From contig NW_003314287.1 in the NCBI RefSeq assembly GCF_000143415.4, positions 1,719,634 through 1,749,414 of the forward strand: DNA of 29,781 bases, in the 5' to 3' direction. The position numbers were made by a program, and so were the translations under genes. This document shows, in pieces, positions 22,501 through 29,781 of this stretch (positions are counted from its first letter, which is position 1; every line of letters starts with the position of its first letter). A model generated the notes under the pieces. The model had not been told where the DNA came from and searched no databases. It saw only the letters and a list, made by a program, of their open reading frames with translations. The stretch comes from Selaginella moellendorffii (Eukaryota; Plantae; Lycopodiophyta).

Positions 22501-22682
22501 ATCGCAGGACCAAGCACATTCAGGTTCAGTTCCATTTTATACGTGAACAGGTTGCTCTGCAGACTGTGGAGCTGGTCTACTGCACTACCAAGGAGATGGT
22601 GGCGGATATCTTCACCAAAGCTCTTGCTCCAGCTCTGTTCCAGCAGCATGCACAAGCACTTGGAGTGCAGCCAAAGAACTGA
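19515..22682 (+). CDS. Copia polyprotein gag-protease-integrase fused in frame to the RNase H C-terminal half (1055 aa)
   Basis: CNACKAPGHFARDC knuckle, WVDSGANQHM protease, WHRRLGH..C..C, HSDV/RSDGGGEF/NGVAERMNRTL integrase. It then runs directly into AAKECIWL..LFCDNQGAI..RTKHI..VADIFTKAL. No KARLVA, QMDV or YVDD RT motifs. Confidence 0.93.
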   Translation: MSPSSSQVLEVYDGKDFPSWKLQMQLYFLEKDLWNVVRGKERRPPSPVRQTKKKAKEGEEETKDEDPVDTLKAERKDWDAKNDKALGILGRALAKRYRSHLNMEDTAKANWEKICQVFGTCSRARLIDLKTQFNGCQQGSSSVNDYASRLMGLAQQITDAQENPVGDDELTSALFKGLSTTLLVSGAHLMNSHLTFEEIVAELSALENFLSPEEKNKEEKVELALFTANSKRSTTVWDRLGPVNKVDKGGTSKSKRSKRDDRCNACKAPGHFARDCTHAEAKKAWQARKDAMAKKGKKKQVANYAKSAHSKREAATSDEEDEDEAECHDSLFMARRVSAEKHQSHQSTQPDRVSTVSTTAAEVVWVDSGANQHMTHVRELFSKLLPVKDQRIYLGDDYSHEVKGVGTIQVQLASGQVVPIHNVYYVPGVPKTLFSVGKIADHGLKVEFDNNGCRIKGSDDKMLASGRRYSGLYRLNAEVIQPQRLCYAGAQKAVDTATWHRRLGHTNQQALKQLSKQELVIGLRITPPAGGSSFCEPCALGKAHRLPHPTASTNRAKGILDLVHSDVGTMPNMSRDGKQYFVTFVDDFSRIVAIKFLRKKSEVFQKFKDYKAQVELQTGKLIKAFRSDGGGEFVSREFDEFCSSAGIQRQFSIPDTQQQNGVAERMNRTLQDVARTLLEDSGLPKFFWCEAMETAAYLRNRQLTVAVSGQTPYQAWYGSKPDISHLRVFGSVCYAHVKRHHRSKLERTSQKCVLVGYSEQMKGYKLFNLETQKLIVARDVIFDETRTYGTRALPPPPTLVSPEVTSDSDNSDEEVRAASYGRTRSGRQPGTQGSATGHGAGGSQRDLGPGSAIGAGVSEPPAAGGGNPISPAGGSQADQGGSSQASDQAVGLDQQASDGREVAVSAPPLRRSTRVTKLTEAGHQYQEQRDLAVAKRESRAEAKAVRERAASAPQAAKECIWLRTLLDGLSYKQEEATELFCDNQGAIALAKNPKFHRRTKHIQVQFHFIREQVALQTVELVYCTTKEMVADIFTKALAPALFQQHAQALGVQPKN

Positions 22683-22712
22683 CGCAACGTTGACGTTCAG
22701 CTTGAGTGGGAG

Positions 22713-22831
22713 TGTTAATATTCAGGGGAATATGCCGACAAGCTGAAGAGTCAACGGTCGCGACAGTTAGACTGAGATAGATTATAACAGCGTGTTATCA
22801 ATCCAATCTCTAGTTGAGTCGATTCGTTTCA
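22713..22831 (+). repeat. Copia 3' LTR (119 bp)
   Basis: Identical to the 5' LTR. Confidence 0.98.
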
Positions 22832-23178
22832 TCCCGCTGGGCATTCGAGAATCGTGGCGCCCAGCACTTGAAATACGCTAGCCGCCTCACTGGCAACGGA
22901 AATCTCCACGATGCCAGGAAGGAGGATCTTTCCACATGTACCCGACAAAGATATCGCCATGAGTACTCAGGCGGCATTTGTTTCAGTGTCAAGACATGTT
23001 GGACAAGAGCCGCAGTTGAGATGGAACACAATCTATTGAGCCATGCTGGTCGAGGAGTGGTCCTTTTGCACCCTTAGAGTTAAAGGGGTCTTTTTTAAAG
23101 GGAAATTCACTCCTTTAGGTTAAGTATAGATACTTAAAGTTAATTTTAAGGGGCTTTTTGGTTTTAATAGTATTTTGG

Positions 23179-23440
23179 GACATTTTACTATTTAATGGTT
23201 GTTATTCATTTAGATTAATTTGTATTTATATGCTATAAACATTTATAATTTATAAACTTTTTAAACAGTTCCTAGTATAATCTAGTTTATTTATACAATA
23301 AATTTAATCTTAAACATGTTCATAATTATAAAATTTTAGTTAATCAGTTTGATTAATAAATAATACTAAACAGGAATAACACTACTATTAAGAAAAATAA
23401 GATATTGTTGCATACAATGCATAGCTAGTTATTTAAAATA
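23179..23440 (+). repeat. AT-rich dispersed repeat, copy 2
   Basis: Homologous to 14192-14445, same orientation. Confidence 0.7.
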
Positions 23441-24109
23441 CACCTACTAACCCATTAACCTTTCCATTATCCTTACACTTTATTTTAAGTATTAAAGATG
23501 TCTTCCCTTCTCTCATGACCAAAAGCCCAAGAGCTCACACTCTATGCTGGATCAGGGAGAGGTCAAGAGCCCAAGAGCTTAGCCATTCCAAGCCACTAAT
23601 GCATTTCACTAACACCAGATTCTTAGTACCATTTTGTAGAATAGATTTCAGCCACCTTGATTTTGCTTTTGGTGCCTTGTTGTGGCTTGGAGACACATCA
23701 TGCAAGGGATGACATGGCTAGGGGATCCAAGTTGTTGGGAAGAGTCTGAGATGGAGCTGGGGATCCCCATGTTAGAGGCACTTGGACATGCTAGATAGGT
23801 TGTTTGGCATGCAACAAGAGTCTAGGCTCTATAAGAGGCATGGCATTAGGCTCCCTTCCTTCGATGGGATACAAACTAGAGTGTCAATAGTCATGGCAGT
23901 ATGGTGGAGACTCACACTAGCAACAATACAGTTACACTATACCATCCTTAGAGACAAGGGGAAACTGGCAAGGCTCAAGGAGTGGCAGAAAACATAGCTT
24001 TCATGTTTTGGTGAGGGGGGTGAGTAGGAGATTCATTGGAGATGGCATATGTGGATTCTTTTTTAGTGACATTTTGATAATGTTCTTCTCCAATGCATCC
24101 ATGACACTA

Positions 24110-25113
24110 AGGCTGTTGAGATCCTTCATGTGTGCCACAACTACTTTGGCCACTTTTTGGGAATACTCACAGTAAGATAACTATTATTGGGCAACTTTGT
24201 TCATAGATGCTATGAAGTATGCCCAATGCAGCCTACCATTAGCAATTTAAAAAGTGCTCATCTAAGACCAATACTCATTACTGCCAATCACTCTTGAGGG
24301 GCCCTTTGCATGTTGGTTCCTGAATTATATAGGACTATTTGTTTCTATGAGAAATAACCACATGTATATCATTGTAGTTGTACATGAAGTGGGTTAAGGC
24401 CATCTTTGTTGTCTCCACAAACTAAGCAGCCATTGTCAACTTCCTTTATAGCAATATATGTTGCCATTTTGGAATCACTTGGCATTTCATTAGATCACGG
24501 CTCTCACTTCATGGGGTTTCAAACACTTATTCATCATACTCACGCTAATACTCATTATCCACAAAGTTGAGTCTACAAATCAAGTTCTTAAGAACATCAG
24601 TTGCAAGATGGTTAACTCTCACCCATGCACTAGGGTACAACACTTGCACTTTCTAGTCTTTCTGAACCTCATTCAAAATGGCTATTGGAGCCATGCCATT
24701 TGACCTTCTCTATAGCGTGGAAGTAGTTCTTCCAATTTAGCCGGAATTATTTACCTTTATAGCATTTATTATGGCTTCTACCACAAATGCTATGGACCAG
24801 CTTGAATATCATCATGATCAGCTTCTAGCCTTAGAAGAGTCTTAATGTGCTATAGCTCTCCATAATAGGGTGTATCAACAACAATAATGCTTTACAACAA
24901 GCTTATATGCATGGTGAGCACTTCCAAGGGGGTGACTTGGTGAAGCCCTTTGACTTTGGGACTCCACATTATCCCAATTTGATTATTCCATGGCTAGGAC
25001 CCTTTTGGATTGTTGGAATTGTGAGTCCAAACTCATACCAGCTTATGGATCTTGATGGCCACTCATTGTTAAATCCCCAGAACAACACTCATCTCCAACA
25101 ATATTTTTTGTAG
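24110..25113 (+). pseudogene. Decayed non-chromovirus gypsy (Tat/Athila-like) integrase
   Basis: Fragments EILHVCH..GHF, PFACW..YIG, KWVKA, DHGSHF, HYPQ, and the C-terminal WLGPFWIVGIVSPNSYQLMDLDG..NNTHLQQY. Confidence 0.8.
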
Positions 25114-26559
25114 TAGTTTAGATCTGGAGTACTTTGGAGCTTTATTTTTATTCTTTTATTTTCTTGTGTTTCATAACATTTTAGATTCTCCATTTCATCC
25201 CAAACATTTAAATTATTTTGGATTCACAATCCTAGTTTGATTTAGAAATGCCTGTGAGATGACTTGTCACAATAATTGGTAAGTTTATGTTTTAGTTTTG
25301 GTATAGTGGCTTTCTTTTTATAGTGTCCTCCATGCATATATTTGGACTCATGCTATTCATTTGCCTCTTGATGTGACACATTTATTTATGTCTAGGTACT
25401 CTTTGATTCATGATTATGATAGAATTTGTTTGATGTGTTCATACTTGGTGAGCATTTATAAGTCAAGTTGTCACCAAGGTTTCTTGTCAAAATGCCCCTT
25501 GAAAGTGCATTGCAATTATTTATCTTTCATTTCATTTGTCTATGACTTGGTATGGGCACCTAGAGCCTATTAGTGTGAAATTCAAGAGTTGGGGTCGATA
25601 TTTTTCTACAGTTTTGGAAAAAGTATTGTGAGTGGATTATTGTGCTCTTTCATCTAAAAGTGTGCCAAGAAATCTACTATAGATTTGCACTCAAGAATTT
25701 TGCATTAGTGGGTGAAATTGACAATAATTATAGTCATGGTTCCTAAAAGGTGGTGGATTTTAGTTTAGTAGAAATTACACATAAATAATGGTCACACAAG
25801 CCTCAGTCACAAGTCCAGGAAAGAAGTAGGGTGGCCAAGGTTATTCCATTCCAATATCCAACTTCCCAACAATAGTGATAGTGATGGTTGAGTGATGGGG
25901 TTCTCCTTGCACTAATTTATAGCATGCATGTTTCTTGAGCATTATTTTGGAGTTCTAGCTTTAGTCTTTACTTAAATACTTATTAACACTAGCTTCATTG
26001 AATCAAGCATCAATGTCTCACTATAGTTATAGTCAAAGGTATTTATGTATGTTTTTGGTGGATCAAGCAATAGGATGATGGTAACAGATGGAACTAGAAT
26101 GCTAGATTTGCACTCAAGATGGTTATTTCCAATAATATGTAATTATAAGTGGTGAGGAATATGCCAAGTGTATTCTATAGTATATAGTGAGAGCATATTC
26201 TAGGGTTTTGGAACACAACATACCTTTAGCTTGTTCACAAGCTCTCCTTATTCACACCATAGTATTTATAAGATTATATTAAAAGTATATTAAGATATAG
26301 ACAGATTTCTTTTGGTATAAGTAAAATTTTCCCACACTATTATAAAGGATGGTTCTCCTACTTTAGATAACCCACAAAAATATAGTAACTTTAAGAGGAA
26401 GTAACAAGCTCTAAACAATCCATCAGCTTTCCACTTGATTCTTTACTAAGAGTTATAAAGGATAATATTGTTGATTTTACTAGCCATATTTGTTTTTCAC
26501 CTTCATGGTCAATTCCCTAGCCTTCTACATACTCATGTGACAATGCTACCCTTTGGAAG

Positions 26560-27700
26560 GCAAGAGTTAATATGGGTACATGTCTGTAATAACATGTCGA
26601 TGAAGATGAAGCCTTCTTCAGCCAATGTAAACATCATGACAACAAGGTTCATCTTTAAAATCAAAGCAGATGGCAAATGTAATATTACATGGTACAAGGT
26701 CTAGCTTATGATGTGAGACTATCAGATTGAGGGCATCAATTTCATTGAGATGTTCTCACTAGTTGTAAAAATTCAATCTATTAGCATCCTTCTTAACTTC
26801 ACAATTCATTACAATTTGATTGTGTATTAAATGGATGTCAAGGTTGCTTTTCTTCATGGAAATTTTCATGAAGATATTTACATGCACCTCCCTACTAGTC
26901 TAGGGTACAGCCAGTGCCACATCACCATCTATGGCCTTCAAGTTAGCATCAAGAGTTTAATATAGAGATTTTGCTATCTATTGGATTCATCAAGAATGAT
27001 ATAGATTTAAAAGTATAACTTCATATGGAGTGCAATTGGATGTTATTTATCAATAACACACATGTCCATCATGGAAAACACTACCATTTCAATTGTTGTT
27101 AAGGAGCATTTATCCTCAAGGTTTGGTATGATCAACCTTGGACCAATGAAGTATTGCCTCAACATTAAGATTCGTCATCATAATGGTGTTATGGAGCTGT
27201 CCCAAACTCATTATGTTTTTGATCTTTTGAATTGTTTTCAAATGTAAAATGCAAAACTAACATTGACACAAATGACTTCCATCTATATTCTTAGCTGCCT
27301 AACACACTAAAGGACCATGCTAAGATGATTGGTATTCTATATCAACAAACCATTAATAGTCTATTGTACTTGATGGTGTACACATATATATAGATATTGT
27401 GTTCATTGCAGGAATTGTCTCTCAACTCATAGAGAATCAAAGTTGGGAACACTAGGTCATTGTGAAGAGGATTTTTTGTTACCTTCTTGGTACTATCAAC
27501 CACAGCCTTGTGTATAAAGAAATTCTAGAGATAATAGTTCTACTTGAGTGGATATGTTATTGTTCGCTTTGTTAGAGATCCAGATTTTCACAGCTCAATC
27601 TTAGGTTATTATTTTAACATGGGTTCTATAGTGATCACATGGTTTAGTAAGAAGTAACACATCACCACCCTTTCTAGTGTTGAAGCAAAAATATGGTGTT
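26560..27700 (+). pseudogene. Decayed Ty1/copia RT-RNase H
   Basis: RFIFKIK..YKV*L, GINFIEMFSLVVK, *MDVKVAFLHG..EDIYM, FGMINLGPMKYCLNIKI, WFSKK*..TLSSVEA; many stops and frameshifts. Confidence 0.88.
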
Positions 27701-28980
27701 GAACTAAATTTTTAAACTATGATCTGTTATATGTGTTGAACATAAGTTGGTGCACCGGCATGGAGAGTCACACTAGGCATCTTGGGTGATGCTATTTGTA
27801 AATGCATATGCGGAGATTGAGTTCAAGTCCTAACCCTTTAGTGCTTGGGTTCGAATCCCAACTCACTAGAGCGTGATGATGGTTTAGAATATAAATACAT
27901 TCATTTTTCGGTGGTCATGAACTCTTAGTAAGAAAACTAGCTTGGGCACACTACTAAACAAGGGATGTCTTGGAATCATGTGTAAGCGACTAATTTTTCC
28001 ATCCTACTTTAGTCACTTAACCACACCTCTAACCACTTGGAGGAGTTTCATTCGCAACCTCCTTAAGTCCAATTCAGGACTTGGGACTTACTAGCCCTGA
28101 GAATGGCATCCATACCACTCATCCTTTGCACCTGGTCCAAGTGCTCCACGTGTCCTGTCCCAAGACCGACACCCTAAGGTACCACCGACATACCAGCCTG
28201 TTACGCTAAGGCCATGCCCATTCATCTTGGTACCACCAATGGTCCAGCACCACCGCATCACAGTCCCGTCTCTTAATGATTGGGCCATCCATCTAGGAGT
28301 GACCATCCAAGATCCACTCCTTAGCATCCTTAAGATGCTCGCAGACAAGGGGAACCACCTTCCCCAATATCCCTTTTACAGTCCCCACCAAGTCCCTTTT
28401 CTGTCCATGGCTGAGTTTGCCTACTTTGCCACTGGGACAAGGCCCACAGGCCCGACCACTAAGTCCCACTGTCCTCTGGGACTTTCTCACCACATAACCG
28501 TATCCCTGGTCACCACACTAAAGGATTACTCCTCTTCCATTCTATAGTCTGGGACTTTGGGACAACATTTCGGAACACTGTCGCTTTATGCGAGCCTCGT
28601 GGGTACTCTCCCCGCTTTCCGCCTTTGGGTGCTCTAGCCATGGGCTTAGAGCGAGGTTCCGTTGAGCCACGCCAGGTATCCAAGTAGGTAGTGCCACCCA
28701 CACTTGGACTGGGAGCATCGACCATTCGATCTCCTGGGGGAACTAGAGCCGGCTCTTGAACACTTCACCAAGCTAACCCGCTTGACAGTCTGTATTCACT
28801 CTAGCCTTGGACCTCCCAGTGGTTTTCCCGTCACCCAACATCTTGGTACAGCCTTCCTGGGCCAAACTAGCCTTTCCTAGCCAAACTGGCTCCACTGGAG
28901 TCCTCCCCCTACTATACTTTTGGAGCTCACCAAACCCCCTAGGGTCTGGGAGACGAACACTTTGGGCTTTCACCCTCTCA

Positions 28981-29300
28981 GACTCGAACATGGACTCGGA
29001 CTCGGACTCGGACTCGGACTCGGACTTGGGCTTGGGCTTGGTCTTGGCTTCGGTCTCAGTCTCGGTCCTAGTCTTGGTCTCAACTTCGGACTCCGTCTCG
29101 GGTCCATCTTAGGTCCATTTCGGACTCCATCTCAGGTCCATCTCGGGTCCATCTCGGACTCTATCTCGGACTCCATCTCGGGTCTGTCTCGGGTCCATCT
29201 CGGACTCCATCTCGGACTCCATCTCGGGTCTGTCTCGGGTCCATCTCGGACTCCATCTCGGACTCCATCTCGGGTCCATCTCGGGTCTATCTTGGACTCC
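28981..29300 (+). repeat. Minisatellite: GACTCG hexamers grading into 12-bp CATCTCGGACTC and 11-bp CATCTCGGGTC units
   Basis: Direct reading of tandem units. Confidence 0.92.
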
Positions 29301-29781
29301 TCCACGTGTCATGTGTTGGTTCTCTTGTGTCCCTTTTCTAGAGACTCACTTATTGCTCACTTTGTGCTTGTTCTTTGAGCATTTCATTGGGAGTTCCACT
29401 CCCGCTCTTGACCTTTTTAGTCGGAGAGTTTAGTCCAAACGTGTTACACTCGTTTGGCATTCACTTTGGCCACTACCACGTGGCACCCTTTCGGCTCCAC
29501 TTTGGGGCTTAGGGATTTATGTCTCACAACTCCACCACCCATAAACGAAGTTTGATGTCCTTATCGAACGATAAACCATTTTATAAAGTAACACCAACAG
29601 GTATTACCTTTTGCATCTTTGGCACCTCGCCAATATTTGTCAATGGTTTGACACCGAAGGCTCACCATGCCTTGTCTAACCTCTAAGGAGTATAGTGTCT
29701 CCAACATAGAGACTCACTTGACCACCTCAAGTGGTTCTCTCCCTTTTATTGGTTTAGCTCTCGCTAAACCCATTAGAGACA

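Larger units (their letters stand above)
19349..22831 (+). mobile_element. Young Ty1/copia LTR retrotransposon lacking reverse transcriptase
   Basis: Identical 119-bp LTRs, TSD TCCCG (19344-19348 and 22832-22836), PBS TGGTATCGGAGC, PPT GAGTGGGAG (22704-22712), and a single ORF. Confidence 0.97.
19300..23077 (+). pseudogene. PPR relic split by the copia insertion (19300-19348 joined to 22837-23077)
   Basis: Removing the element and one TSD restores QCGSLDESRWAFE...KYA...GNLHDARK, with VPDKDI and LLSHAG downstream. Confidence 0.6.

Noticed and set aside
26560-27700. Copia RT relic as the missing RT of the 19349-22831 element
   Set aside because: It lies outside the LTR/TSD boundaries and is far more decayed and AT-rich.
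27805-27870. Functional tRNA gene
   Set aside because: Only a T-arm is present; no acceptor, D or anticodon stems could be built.
28807-29378. Ser-Asp or Gly-Leu repeat proteins
   Set aside because: Translations of a minisatellite whose 11-bp units break frame.

Overview
Eukaryotic, repeat-rich plant genomic DNA. The short ~37-55 bp GT-AG introns and 31-aa-repeat PLS-class PPR genes suggest a non-seed plant such as Selaginella (inference). From left to right: (1) a decayed multi-exon gene (~1069-9244, +) that appears to encode a ParB/Srx-type domain (VIDGNHR) plus a beta-class N6A/N4C DNA-methyltransferase-like domain; (2) a full-length chromodomain Ty3/gypsy element (4441-8607, TSD GAAGT) inserted into that gene, with a Tf1-like self-priming PBS and a gag-to-RT deletion; (3) a truncated minus-strand gypsy element (~10767-13386); (4) a PPR island with two long tandem minus-strand PPR ORFs separated by one in-frame TAG, plus three PPR relics; (5) a very young copia element (19349-22831, identical 119-bp LTRs, TSD TCCCG) whose open ORF lacks reverse transcriptase; (6) old gypsy integrase and copia RT relics and a minisatellite. 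All calls come from manual translation and motif recognition; no searches were run.
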